This document shows positions 38,124 to 47,842 of a DNA stretch of 64,000 nucleotides, piece by piece. Origin of the DNA: a virus; IMG/VR virus record IMGVR_UViG_3300035698_006641, positions 32,846 to 96,845 of that record. One strand, written 5' to 3'. The notes under the pieces were generated by a model that searched no databases, was not told where the DNA came from, and worked only from the letters and a program-made list of their open reading frames with translations. Position numbers and translations under genes: made by a program. Position 1 is the stretch's first letter, and each line of letters begins with the position of its first letter.

Positions 38124-38489
38124 TTAGTACATAACCCTATCTCGCATCCGTCTCCCGATCTCTGCGGACTCATTTCTGCATAAAAGATAAATCCAGAACG
38201 GCCCATACTGGTAGACATCTAGAAGTCTTTCCATTACTACCATGATACCTGGGATGAATCTCCTATTGCCGATAAGCTCAGACACTATATTGACATCGAT
38301 ACCTTTGACAGCATCGTCAATAACATATCTACTGAGTCTCATTTCCGGGTGATCTTTCGTAGGAACGAATTCACAGATCGCTGCATCAACTAAATCTTTA
38401 GCCTTTTCTCCATTTTCAGTATGAGGCTCGGTGCAGCTTATAATCTGAGGGAACATTTTGATTACAAGATTATAGACTTTTTCATACAT
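38124..38489 (-). CDS. hypothetical protein following the E2-like gene
   Basis: overlaps the E2-like stop codon. Confidence 0.55.
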   Translation of the reverse strand: MYEKVYNLVIKMFPQIISCTEPHTENGEKAKDLVDAAICEFVPTKDHPEMRLSRYVIDDAVKGIDVNIVSELIGNRRFIPGIMVVMERLLDVYQYGPFWIYLLCRNESAEIGRRMRDRVMY

Positions 38490-39234
38490 GAGTAAGGTCC
38501 CAAGCTTTATTTAAAACAGCTGCTGGGATAGAAGGAGCTATTACATCAAACATAGGCAATACATCCGCCTCGGTATCTACACAGGGCATGAGTTGTTCCC
38601 CAGACTCCGGATCGAATCGAACCAGTTTATTACATTTCATGGAATTATCCAGATTCCATAGATCTGAATTCCAACGATTAGCCTCCCATGCTGTGAAAGT
38701 GGCTTCAGAGACGTCATAAAGACTGTGACAATTCTCTAGTTCTCCGGTACACAACCTACCATCACCGTGAATATTGGCCAGTGGATAGTTTAGGAATTTT
38801 TTAATACCGGTTGCGCCACAGTCATGAGTCATACCAAAAAGGAATACCATCAAATGCTCCTCACTGCGAGATAGAGGGAACTTTATTGAACTAGGGACCT
38901 CTATGATCATTACAGTGGGTACGGGTACTTTGAACTGACGACTGACGCTAGCTATACCATCTGAGAAGCACGGGGTCTCAAAGATCCCGGTTTCTCCGTT
39001 TCCCTCTGAAAGAGTCCATCTTGCCTTGATGCTAAACTCAGAAACAGCTCTGATACAAAACATTCTATCATTACTTAAAACAAACTGAGTATCTTTACAC
39101 ATCGGTATACTAAAATCAGGAACAGATGTAATTAGTCTCACAACAGCTTCTGTGTTCAAAACTGGAGACTCTACGGTATCACGTATGAAAGCAACCCCAT
39201 TTGGCTTTATAATTAACTCTTGATTATCTGTCAT
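38482..39234 (-). CDS. prokaryotic E2-like protein (Prok-E2_D / PRTRC protein B-like)
   Basis: YPLANIHGDGRLCTG with candidate catalytic Cys, then W.N.DL. Confidence 0.72.
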   Translation of the reverse strand: MTDNQELIIKPNGVAFIRDTVESPVLNTEAVVRLITSVPDFSIPMCKDTQFVLSNDRMFCIRAVSEFSIKARWTLSEGNGETGIFETPCFSDGIASVSRQFKVPVPTVMIIEVPSSIKFPLSRSEEHLMVFLFGMTHDCGATGIKKFLNYPLANIHGDGRLCTGELENCHSLYDVSEATFTAWEANRWNSDLWNLDNSMKCNKLVRFDPESGEQLMPCVDTEADVLPMFDVIAPSIPAAVLNKAWDLTHV

Positions 39235-39235
39235 T

Positions 39236-39922
39236 TTACTTAATCTCCATTTTACTTTGATTGATACAATCTTGGATTGTTACTGTTTGTACCGCGGATG
39301 GAACCCATCGATACTCTATTGGTGACTTATTAAATACTGGAGTATCTCGCACAAACGAGGACTTTTGAGACCAGAACCACAATAACCCTAACGCGTAGGT
39401 TGCTGCAAACTGATTAGCAATAGCCAACTGTGGGTCGGATACCTGGGCCTCTCCGGTACAGGATCTTGTTGGATCCCCGGAAATATTGTCCATAGACCCT
39501 GCGTAACGAACCCTATAATCCATAGGGCTTCCATACAACGTAGGCTCATAGTACGAAGCGGATGCTGATTCATACGTATTTCCACAAATAAATGCCGGCA
39601 CCCCGAAAATATCAGAGGACTGCAGTGCTACTTTTCTTGCTGGCATGTTATCCGGACAGGCAAAAATCATGTCTGTTCCTTCTAAGTCAGTAGGAGTCAC
39701 AACGTATGAGTTGTGCGGTATAATACCTGGGTACATGATAGACATAGCTTCTGCCTTGCATTTACCTATAAACCTTTTCGGGAATAACTGACGATCTAAA
39801 TTCCCTTTTTCTAGGATGTCCTCGTCCCATACATGAACCTCTGGACATTCTAATACATTCTTCATTAGAACTGGGATTAGGTAAGACCCAATTCCCCCAG
39901 CTCCGATTACATCAATTCTCAA
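39236..39922 (-). CDS. E1/ThiF-family ubiquitin-like activating enzyme
   Basis: VIGAGGIGS, DEDILEKGNLDRQ, GKCKA, CPDN..AR, SCTGEA...QLAIAN. Confidence 0.92.
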   Translation of the reverse strand: MRIDVIGAGGIGSYLIPVLMKNVLECPEVHVWDEDILEKGNLDRQLFPKRFIGKCKAEAMSIMYPGIIPHNSYVVTPTDLEGTDMIFACPDNMPARKVALQSSDIFGVPAFICGNTYESASASYYEPTLYGSPMDYRVRYAGSMDNISGDPTRSCTGEAQVSDPQLAIANQFAATYALGLLWFWSQKSSFVRDTPVFNKSPIEYRWVPSAVQTVTIQDCINQSKMEIK

Positions 39923-41056
39923 TTAAGCTCCTTCTTTCTTTTCTGATTGCATATAAAAGTCTATCAGTGCCTCACGGTAGTCCGAGGCATAATCAGCCAA
40001 GGCTTGAAACACTGACGGATCAATAGTGGACAATGTTACGCTCCAATCTAGAGCAGTAATCACTTCATCAAACTGTTCACGTGCTAATTTAGACAGGCCC
40101 CATACGTCCATAGCGGATTCCATTAGGCCGAGAACTATCTCTGGTCCAAGCTCCGTATCTTCGAGTGAGTCCATGTAGTCATTATAGTCATACTCACTAT
40201 CCTCGTCCTCTTTCTGCCATCGTGCAGCTTGAGCACTTGACGGGTTGTAGGAGTTCGCTGGGGATGGAGGAAATGAACCATAAGCCTGATTAGGGTTGTA
40301 AGTACTGCGGTTACCCGGAGACCATGTAGAAAATCCGAACTTCTTAGAGGCAACCATTCCAAATGTTCCGTATCTAACGGGAGCAACAACCTTTTTAGTC
40401 ATTTGGTCTTTCCACTCTTTTGGTGGCTCTGGAAGATTCTTAATAGCTAGGACTCCGTTGTCAACGTACGGAACAAACCCAAGAATATCTGGTTCATAAC
40501 ATATCTTGCGTACAACACACCTTCCATGGAATGATGCCTCCGTTGTATCTAAATCTCCAATGGTGTAATGAAACCCTTCAGTTTCAATTTCATCTTTGTA
40601 GTCTGTGGATGATTGAAAGGCACTCATTGTGCAGTGGTGGTGCGCTGATCCTACGTGTCCGAATCCATCTTTAGCCAATGCGGCCTTCATAACCTCAAAG
40701 TTAGGATCCTTGTCATTCTCAGTAGAAGACGCCCCTGAGATGATAAACTGGGGCATGACTACAGCTTTCCACTGTTTGTCACTTTTCCGGTAGTAAAGCC
40801 TTAGTTGAGACTCACATGCATATTCATCAAATGACCACTTGAAGAACCCAAGAATCTCTCTAAACAAAGTAGGAGGGAGTATAGATCCGGTCCATTCTAG
40901 ATATAGGTCTTCTGTATTAGATTCAGGTATAACCGCAGCTATATCCCCAAACCACTGTCCCCAAGTTACGTTAGGAAGAACAGCATGACCATCAACTGAT
41001 AAAATACTCCCGTCAGCAATGATTCCATGTGGTGGTGCTTCTTTAGGTTCTGGCAT
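39923..41056 (-). CDS. JAB/MPN+ metallopeptidase (Prok-JAB / PRTRC protein A-like)
   Basis: E...PQ...GSAHHHCTMSAFQSSTDYKDE JAMM motif; ATG 41056 with GGAG. Confidence 0.85.
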   Translation of the reverse strand: MPEPKEAPPHGIIADGSILSVDGHAVLPNVTWGQWFGDIAAVIPESNTEDLYLEWTGSILPPTLFREILGFFKWSFDEYACESQLRLYYRKSDKQWKAVVMPQFIISGASSTENDKDPNFEVMKAALAKDGFGHVGSAHHHCTMSAFQSSTDYKDEIETEGFHYTIGDLDTTEASFHGRCVVRKICYEPDILGFVPYVDNGVLAIKNLPEPPKEWKDQMTKKVVAPVRYGTFGMVASKKFGFSTWSPGNRSTYNPNQAYGSFPPSPANSYNPSSAQAARWQKEDEDSEYDYNDYMDSLEDTELGPEIVLGLMESAMDVWGLSKLAREQFDEVITALDWSVTLSTIDPSVFQALADYASDYREALIDFYMQSEKKEGA

Positions 41057-41774
41057 CCATAATCTCCTGTACATTCCAGTCACTAATCTCTCCGTGATCA
41101 GAAATAAATTGTTCAATCTCGTATATGATTTCATCTATCAGTGATAAATCATTTCCGTCAGCAGCTTCACTAACGTCATAGCTATTTCCTAGTGTGTCTG
41201 TATAGCTAACTGAGGTGACGCCGCCATCGTAGTCTTCAGAGTTGCATATCTCACAATTATCATCGTAGTACTCCATATCACTTGATGATTCTCCATAATA
41301 CCCATTATCCTCTAAACACCCCCATAAACTACAACCGTCTTCATCTCCGAGCTCTCCAGGCATAAAAGTAATTTCACCAGAGACAGTCTCATCTTGATAA
41401 GCGTAAATACCGCAATACTCATTAGTCCTCTTAATTTCAGCTGCGACTACTACTCTCCCACGAGGTTGACCACCGTCAGCATCAGTTGGAAGAGTTGGAC
41501 CACCACGATCGCCAGGATACCAACGGAAAGCAGAGTTTCTATAGTTCTCGTAGTCTGGTACTAGTGATAACAATTTATCAATGTCACCCAGCTCTGAGAC
41601 CTTAGCCCCTTTTTTCCGCCAGAACATCGAGGCTATTGATTGTGGATTCCTTAGGGAACCTTCGTCTAACGTGAAATATAATTCTCCACCCCAATACGGC
41701 GTTAATGCCCGTACCAACTCAGAATTTGATTCTCCTAGTTGTTCACACTTTTCGTGTATTTCATCTCTTGTCAT
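41043..41774 (-). CDS. acidic hypothetical protein inside the Ubl operon
   Basis: ORF between Ubl and JAB, overlapping the JAB start. Confidence 0.65.
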   Translation of the reverse strand: MTRDEIHEKCEQLGESNSELVRALTPYWGGELYFTLDEGSLRNPQSIASMFWRKKGAKVSELGDIDKLLSLVPDYENYRNSAFRWYPGDRGGPTLPTDADGGQPRGRVVVAAEIKRTNEYCGIYAYQDETVSGEITFMPGELGDEDGCSLWGCLEDNGYYGESSSDMEYYDDNCEICNSEDYDGGVTSVSYTDTLGNSYDVSEAADGNDLSLIDEIIYEIEQFISDHGEISDWNVQEIMDART

Positions 41775-41799
41775 ACTTTATCCCTTATCTTTAATCCAT

Positions 41800-41836
41800 A
41801 AAATAATAGACCCCACTACCCTTAGGTAGCGGGGCC
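41800..41836 (-). terminator. intrinsic terminator after Ubl gene
   Basis: GGCCCCGCTACC-TAAG-GGTAGTGGGGTC followed by TATTATTTT. Confidence 0.7.
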
Positions 41837-41857
41837 ATTTAGCGCTTAATTAATCAA

Positions 41858-42313
41858 TTATCCAAGCAGGCCTTTGTCATGTGCTTTGGTGCTCAGGACA
41901 ATGTCATCTCCGTCAGCGATCTCTACGTCCCCAAGAACAGGGGAACCGTTAAGACTCAAGCTCATGTCATCACCGGTACCAAAAGTCATCTGGACCAGCT
42001 GAGAAGCTAGGATTTCAGCCGCTGTACTACCGATGGATTCAAGGTCAAACTGAACCTCGTTTACACCGTTGCGAATAGTAACTACAGCATCTGCACCTTT
42101 GTCATGTGCTTTGGTGCTCAGGACAATTTCATCTCCGTCCTCGATAAGGAAGGAAGAGGACTCGAAGGTTCCGTTAACCTCAGCGGCCATGTCGTCCCCG
42201 ATACCGAACATCTGCTGGATTACAGAGGATCCCAGGAGGGACTTAACATCGGTGATGTTGAGGTTGGCTTCGTCAATGGTGACATCACTAGCGGCGCAAT
42301 AAATAGTAATCAT
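41858..42313 (-). CDS. tandem di-ubiquitin-like (beta-grasp) protein
   Basis: two ~75-aa repeats with MoaD/ThiS-like (V/L)NG...I.DGD(E/D)IVL, each ending STKAHDKG. Confidence 0.85.
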   Translation of the reverse strand: MITIYCAASDVTIDEANLNITDVKSLLGSSVIQQMFGIGDDMAAEVNGTFESSSFLIEDGDEIVLSTKAHDKGADAVVTIRNGVNEVQFDLESIGSTAAEILASQLVQMTFGTGDDMSLSLNGSPVLGDVEIADGDDIVLSTKAHDKGLLG

Positions 42314-42394
42314 AATTTATGTTTCTTTCTTGTATTAATTCTTTTTTGTTTAACTCTAATTTGTAAAGGCAGAGCTAGTTAATCCCTTTTGAGG

Positions 42395-43429
42395 TCATGC
42401 CTCGATACTAAGTACTAAGTCGTCAACTTGCTCCTGTGTATAATCAGCAATATCAACTCCTTTTGGAAATTGTAAGAACTTTGTATTTGGCCAATTCTCG
42501 GTGCGTGTGAGTATCTTAGACCAATTTTTCGAACTTACGTCAGGATCGAAAGCGAATACTACAAAACCATTATTGGCTATTATTGTATCCTCTATCAGTT
42601 CCGCTTGTTTTTGTGTTAGATGCTTCCCGAAGGTACACACCCCATGTTCCCTACCCACTCTTGCCATGTCAAAGAATCCCTCACAGAGTACTATGAAGTC
42701 CTTCTTTACATTGTGGATGTTATACGCCACGGTCCTCGTTGGGCCCTGGATTAAATACTTCGGAGTCTTTTTACTAGGAGGGGTAGAATTTCCTGTATGA
42801 TAGTTGAAGTATCTTGTTTGCCACGCCACCATTTGTTCTTGACCATTTACAATTGAGTAAATAGGTATAAGAAGTCTATTGGAGTCATGGATGTTTTCAC
42901 TATTTGATTCTGTAACCCACCTAAGCCCCCATATATCACTAAGGTCTTGAACACAAAACCCGCGTTGGGTCTCTAAGTATCCTCTTAATAAGTGGTCTTG
43001 TGGTAGTTCAGAAATAGGTATTGATTCACCTGGAATTTCAGTTATATACCTTGTCTTGGTAATGGTGGGTCTCTTGACCACTGAATGAATTGAGTCTGGA
43101 TGAATCAAATCACTAAATACCTCATTAAAGTCATCTAGCTCATTGCACCCCTCATTATAGCAACATATAAGGTACTTAAGTGTAAACCCTTCATACGTTT
43201 GGTTCCACATGTGGTTAACCCACAGTCTGTTACGTGTGTCGCCACAGACAGGGCAACAGACGGCATAATATTCACCTGAGTCAATAATGTCTAGGTAGTT
43301 TGGATACTTAGTGGGTGAGGTAAAGGCTCTTCGTCTTTTAACCGCGATAAACGGCTCACCTTCGCTGCAAATCCTAACATCTCCGAATACTGACTCGAGT
43401 CTATCATAGAGACTTTGGTTAAGGGCCAT
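42395..43429 (-). CDS. DNA primase (Zn finger plus TOPRIM)
   Basis: CPVC...CYNEGC; VLCEGFFD; FDPD. Confidence 0.85.
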   Translation of the reverse strand: MALNQSLYDRLESVFGDVRICSEGEPFIAVKRRRAFTSPTKYPNYLDIIDSGEYYAVCCPVCGDTRNRLWVNHMWNQTYEGFTLKYLICCYNEGCNELDDFNEVFSDLIHPDSIHSVVKRPTITKTRYITEIPGESIPISELPQDHLLRGYLETQRGFCVQDLSDIWGLRWVTESNSENIHDSNRLLIPIYSIVNGQEQMVAWQTRYFNYHTGNSTPPSKKTPKYLIQGPTRTVAYNIHNVKKDFIVLCEGFFDMARVGREHGVCTFGKHLTQKQAELIEDTIIANNGFVVFAFDPDVSSKNWSKILTRTENWPNTKFLQFPKGVDIADYTQEQVDDLVLSIEA

Positions 43430-44861
43430 TACTCGCCCTTCTGTGCTCTTCTGCGAGTTCTTCTCTTCTTGAGGGTCCTGTTACAGCTTTATTTTTGAAA
43501 TTAGGTTTAAGTTTGAATTCAATCCCGTCATGGTATCCACTCATTTTGTGAGTCACGTCCTCCACTCTGTAATTGTCCCCATATAACTTTAAAACCCCGT
43601 CAACCTGGGCTGATACATGCCTAGATTTAGTTTTATTAATCCAAAAGCAATCATCTACCCCTCTGTTACCTAGCCCTACACAGTATGGAAGCCAGTTATC
43701 AAAAGCCTTGTCTTCTTGGGCCTGACCTTTTTCTACTCGTTTAGCTGGACTAGTTTGACCTTCAGCCGCAGTCTTCTGGTGTAGTAGGACAACTGCTGTT
43801 CTGGCTTCAGCGGCAACACGCACTATCTCCATAGTCATCATCTGCGAATCATCCTTGACAGTTTGTCTGCTTCCAGTAGCTGCTCTCCACTGCTTTAGTA
43901 ATTGAAAATACTGATCAACGATCACCAGATCAATGTGTATTCCTCTAGACTCATAGTCCGCAAGAATAGATTCTAACCCCGGTACGCCTGTTCCGTCCCC
44001 TAGCATCTCAGTGACATGAAAACGAGGCTGTGTCTGCTCAGTCCACTTGGTTTGAACTATTGCCTGTAACTCTTCAGACATTTCCGAGATATTATTAAAT
44101 TGATTCATAATGGGGCTAGGTATCCTACACGCACACCCTATAAATCTTCTCCAATATTCAGGACGAATAGCACTCTCATAGGGTAGGTACAATACGTGCT
44201 GCCATTGTAACTGAGCGTAATCAATTCCCAGTTGAATTGCTAAGGTCGTTTTTCCTCCACCTGACCCGCCAACTAAACCGAAAACATCTCCGGGACTGAA
44301 ACCTCCATTGGTTATTAGGTCAATAGTCGGGATAAGAGTGGATACCTTGGTCCCGAGAGTCATCTCTACTGTGTCGTTCAAGTTCACCTCAACGGACGAA
44401 GAGACTCTAGTTCTTTTGAACGTTTTTATAAGACCGCCCATAGATGACGTAACATTATCCCAATCCCCACGGGCCTCTGGGATAACAACGCTAGTATCAA
44501 TTAAGGCCTGAATCCCACTAGTTATGTGACGAACTACACCTGAAGATGATAGCATACTCACATCAAATTCTTTGATGAAGTTCAATGTCCTCAATAACGA
44601 CGCGTATATCGGGGCGCTGTTAAGTTCCGGATCCATAGTTAGGGCTGTCACACACTCTGAGAACAGAAAGTTTTTTGGAATAAGAGCTTTATACCTTGTG
44701 TACCACTCTTCCGTAACTCCCCATATAATCGCTAAGTGACGTTGCCCAGGGACGTCAAATACATACGGGAGTAATTTTCCCGAAGCTTTCCGTGTAAGGT
44801 CCAGGCTGCTCACGCAACAAGCTATCAGTAGTTCGTTTGCAACACTCGATGATTGATTCAT
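43419..44861 (-). CDS. DnaB-like replicative helicase
   Basis: GGSGGGKTT, YLPYE, VIVDQ, LLHQ, KSR. Confidence 0.85.
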   Translation of the reverse strand: MNQSSSVANELLIACCVSSLDLTRKASGKLLPYVFDVPGQRHLAIIWGVTEEWYTRYKALIPKNFLFSECVTALTMDPELNSAPIYASLLRTLNFIKEFDVSMLSSSGVVRHITSGIQALIDTSVVIPEARGDWDNVTSSMGGLIKTFKRTRVSSSVEVNLNDTVEMTLGTKVSTLIPTIDLITNGGFSPGDVFGLVGGSGGGKTTLAIQLGIDYAQLQWQHVLYLPYESAIRPEYWRRFIGCACRIPSPIMNQFNNISEMSEELQAIVQTKWTEQTQPRFHVTEMLGDGTGVPGLESILADYESRGIHIDLVIVDQYFQLLKQWRAATGSRQTVKDDSQMMTMEIVRVAAEARTAVVLLHQKTAAEGQTSPAKRVEKGQAQEDKAFDNWLPYCVGLGNRGVDDCFWINKTKSRHVSAQVDGVLKLYGDNYRVEDVTHKMSGYHDGIEFKLKPNFKNKAVTGPSRREELAEEHRRASNGP

Positions 44862-45492
44862 CTTCCCTCCCCCTTTCTTGATTGTGGCAGTATATATTCA
44901 ACAATAGCGCCGATGTAAATAACGCTGGGTAGTTACGTATAACTCCAGAGTGATCCACTTTGATAATTTCAGATAACTCATCCGTTGGGCTACCTATAGC
45001 ATAAAAGGTTGACGCTAGGAATGTCTCTAGGTAAGTTGACTCTAACGGAAATTCAATTAAGTCTGCTGTTCCGTTAGCCATCCCTTCAATGTGACGAGCG
45101 AGTCGATCATAAAACGTAACGTAAATCTCTTCTCCGGCAGACTTTATATCGTCATCTAGCGTTGACCACTTCAGCGGTGACAAAAGACAACTAGTTACCA
45201 TAAAGTCATATTTTTCATGTAACATCAGTAACATAAATAACTGGAATTTATCCTCTTGACCTATGAAGTGCTGTATGGTCATTGACCTCCAACACCACTT
45301 GTTAAACGACTGAGTACACTTTACATTGAACCTTTCCTTTCCTGGAATCAATCTGACTACACGTTGGAAGGCTATTTGTGCCCTCAGTACGTGATCATCA
45401 TCAAGGTCCTCAGGGAGTATTTCATTCTCCAAACACCACGCGTCAACAAACGAGAAATGCTTTGATTTATGTTTAGCCATTATCGACCTCAA
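44755..45492 (-). CDS. hypothetical protein
   Basis: ORF; real start probably MAKHK. Confidence 0.55.
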   Translation of the reverse strand: MRSIMAKHKSKHFSFVDAWCLENEILPEDLDDDHVLRAQIAFQRVVRLIPGKERFNVKCTQSFNKWCWRSMTIQHFIGQEDKFQLFMLLMLHEKYDFMVTSCLLSPLKWSTLDDDIKSAGEEIYVTFYDRLARHIEGMANGTADLIEFPLESTYLETFLASTFYAIGSPTDELSEIIKVDHSGVIRNYPALFTSALLLNIYCHNQERGREDESIIECCKRTTDSLLREQPGPYTESFGKITPVCI

Positions 45493-46174
45493 AGCAGTAT
45501 GGCGTATAAACAGGCGTGTACTGTTCGTTCCTTAGACTAACGTTAGTCACTAAGGAGTCCCCAAGAAGAGTAGGGGAGTGTGACCCAGTATGGATGTGTC
45601 CGCATATCACATGACGGGGGGACTTTTTAAGTATTGCATTCATAACGGACAGTGATCCAAGATGGTCACCACAGTTCCTACAATCTGTATCAGACACTGC
45701 GTCGCAAGTTCCATGCGGTGGAGTATGCGTAATAAACACATCAACATCATAATCCATGTTGCTGATGTACTCTTCTATCTCAAGCTCTGAAGCGTTATAA
45801 TTCCAATCACAAAATGTAGGACTCCAAGGGCTTCCGTAGAATTTAACCCCGTGTAAAGTAACGCTTTCGTTAATTAGAACGCTTACTTGGTTCAGAATAC
45901 CAGCTCTTCCTAGGATCTTATTTATAGCATCTGGAGTTATATAGTCATGGTTACCGAGTGTTAATACTACAGGAATACCTATGGATTTAACCCAAGGGAT
46001 AAAAGCATCACACAAATCACCTACCTGACCACGAGGACCCTTTTCTATAGTTGGGAAAATATCCCCGGCTATAACTATCACATCTACGTCATCCGGGATA
46101 CACATGTTTTTGTATAACTCGGGTACCGTTAGTTTGGATAATCCATGCAAGTCTGACGTTGCAGCAATTTTCAT
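45473..46174 (-). CDS. metallophosphoesterase (MPPED/239FB-like)
   Basis: SDLHG, IAGD, GNHD, GSPW, THTPP, GHIH. Confidence 0.9.
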   Translation of the reverse strand: MKIAATSDLHGLSKLTVPELYKNMCIPDDVDVIVIAGDIFPTIEKGPRGQVGDLCDAFIPWVKSIGIPVVLTLGNHDYITPDAINKILGRAGILNQVSVLINESVTLHGVKFYGSPWSPTFCDWNYNASELEIEEYISNMDYDVDVFITHTPPHGTCDAVSDTDCRNCGDHLGSLSVMNAILKKSPRHVICGHIHTGSHSPTLLGDSLVTNVSLRNEQYTPVYTPYCFEVDNG

Positions 46175-46446
46175 AGTTCCTCTGCCTGTTTGAGAATGTA
46201 TTTCGCTTCTGACTGTAACTCAGCGCAAAGATCCCCACTATTCTCGATCTTTACCAAGATCTTCACCAAAGGATCGTGCAACTCTAGTGCGATGGCTGCT
46301 TCCCTCAGTACCTCTTTTTCAAAAATCCCTCTAGCTATGGTGACCTCTTCACGGTCAAATACCGCCGCACGGAGACTTATAACCATTTGATTAATTTCAC
46401 TTATGTTACTCATAAATTTCCCATCCCATCTCTTTATACAAAGCAA
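46171..46446 (-). CDS. hypothetical protein
   Basis: ORF. Confidence 0.45.
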   Translation of the reverse strand: MLCIKRWDGKFMSNISEINQMVISLRAAVFDREEVTIARGIFEKEVLREAAIALELHDPLVKILVKIENSGDLCAELQSEAKYILKQAEEL

Positions 46447-47842
46447 TACGCTTATTCGCCTTACATTTTGCCCAATAGCTCCACTGATCTTTAAAATCTA
46501 AGACATATCCAAACTCCTTGTCTCCAGTCCCTCGTCTAGTGCACCTTCCAGTGAACTGTATGACATCAATAGGGCCAGATTTACCGGAAGCCATAACTAC
46601 AAGATCAAGGTCTGGAAAGTCTACTCCAATACCCCAACACCCGGTAGCTATCACTTTCTTTAGCTCTCTGCGCTGAAAACGATCAAACCTATCATCAATC
46701 TCTTTTTGATTTAACTTAGGGAGGTCAGTTGAGCCAACACTTTTGTAAATCAACTCGAAGTCAGGTAAGAGTTTACTTAGGTTTTCTAAATGGCAACTGG
46801 TACCCACCAAGATCAATACTTGCGGGTCATCAAGACCTAAAACATTTCCACTTTTAGTATACTCAATTACAGAATTTGCTATTACCTTATTCCGTAACTG
46901 ATTCTTCCACAGGAGGTTACGTTGTCTAGTTATATACGTTTTGAAATTCTTCTCATTAGGGCCAGACTTAATGTCTACCAACATTACCCTCATTGGAGCA
47001 ACTACACCCTGAGCCATAGCTTCCGTGTAATCAACTTTAAATCTCACAGGGCCTAACAACGATTCGGTAACCAATTCAGCTCCATCTGATCTACCCTCTG
47101 GGGATGCAGTGAATCCAAACATTTTCTCTACTTTAGTAAAACTCGAAAGAGCCTCAGCTAATTGCGGTCCTGGAGCTCGATGACACTCGTCGACGAATAC
47201 GACCTGTGCTTTGTTCGGCGGGTACTTCTTAAGACTATGGTAGGTCGAGACGGTTATTCTCTCGAACGTTTTTCCACCAGCTCCCAAGAGTCCTATATTC
47301 TCATCAACGAAAACTTCTTGTATTCTGTTATGTGTGTCTCTGGCTAATTGAGCTCCAGGAGTCACGATCACAATAGACTTAGAGGGGTAGAGAGCGCATA
47401 GTACAGTAAGTATCTGTGTTTTTCCAAAAGCTGCTGGGGCAACTATTTGACCGCAGTTAAGGGCGATCACGATACTAACTGCTACGTCCTGATTAGGCCT
47501 GAACTCAAATTCAGGCATGACACGCTTAAGGTTATCATAGTCAGGTGTACAATCTACTTCTCCCATATCCTCGAAAGTATACTCCATCTTTAACTGGCCT
47601 AAATGGTACATCAGTCTGTCGACCAGTCCATGTTGAAACAAAATCAATCCGTCCTCTAAGACCGTGTAAAGATTTCTAGTCTCAAAGTCCTGTTTCTCCA
47701 CCATCCTAGTTCGGCCCGTTTTTGGGTCTGGAACCCACTCACGGCTCATAAACTTATATTGATAAGACAGCACCAGGGCAATTATTTTTTCATCAACCCC
47801 GGACACTGAGACAACAAGACGATCTTGTTTTATTTCAATCAC
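46406..47842 (-). CDS. SF2 DNA helicase (UvsW/SSL2-like)
   Basis: APAAFGKT, VDECH, FTASP, GVDFP, QFTGRCTR. Confidence 0.9.
   Translation of the reverse strand: MIEIKQDRLVVSVSGVDEKIIALVLSYQYKFMSREWVPDPKTGRTRMVEKQDFETRNLYTVLEDGLILFQHGLVDRLMYHLGQLKMEYTFEDMGEVDCTPDYDNLKRVMPEFEFRPNQDVAVSIVIALNCGQIVAPAAFGKTQILTVLCALYPSKSIVIVTPGAQLARDTHNRIQEVFVDENIGLLGAGGKTFERITVSTYHSLKKYPPNKAQVVFVDECHRAPGPQLAEALSSFTKVEKMFGFTASPEGRSDGAELVTESLLGPVRFKVDYTEAMAQGVVAPMRVMLVDIKSGPNEKNFKTYITRQRNLLWKNQLRNKVIANSVIEYTKSGNVLGLDDPQVLILVGTSCHLENLSKLLPDFELIYKSVGSTDLPKLNQKEIDDRFDRFQRRELKKVIATGCWGIGVDFPDLDLVVMASGKSGPIDVIQFTGRCTRRGTGDKEFGYVLDFKDQWSYWAKCKANKRIALYKEMGWEIYE

Noticed and set aside
38108-38218. N-terminal extension of GroES given in the ORF track
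   Set aside because: It overlaps the upstream gene and has no GroES similarity; the ATT start with an RBS fits better
39236-42313. Thiamine or molybdopterin biosynthesis (ThiF/ThiS, MoeB/MoaD)
   Set aside because: No thiG, moaE or sulfurtransferase nearby; an E2-like gene and JAB are present and the Ubl units end in KG, not GG
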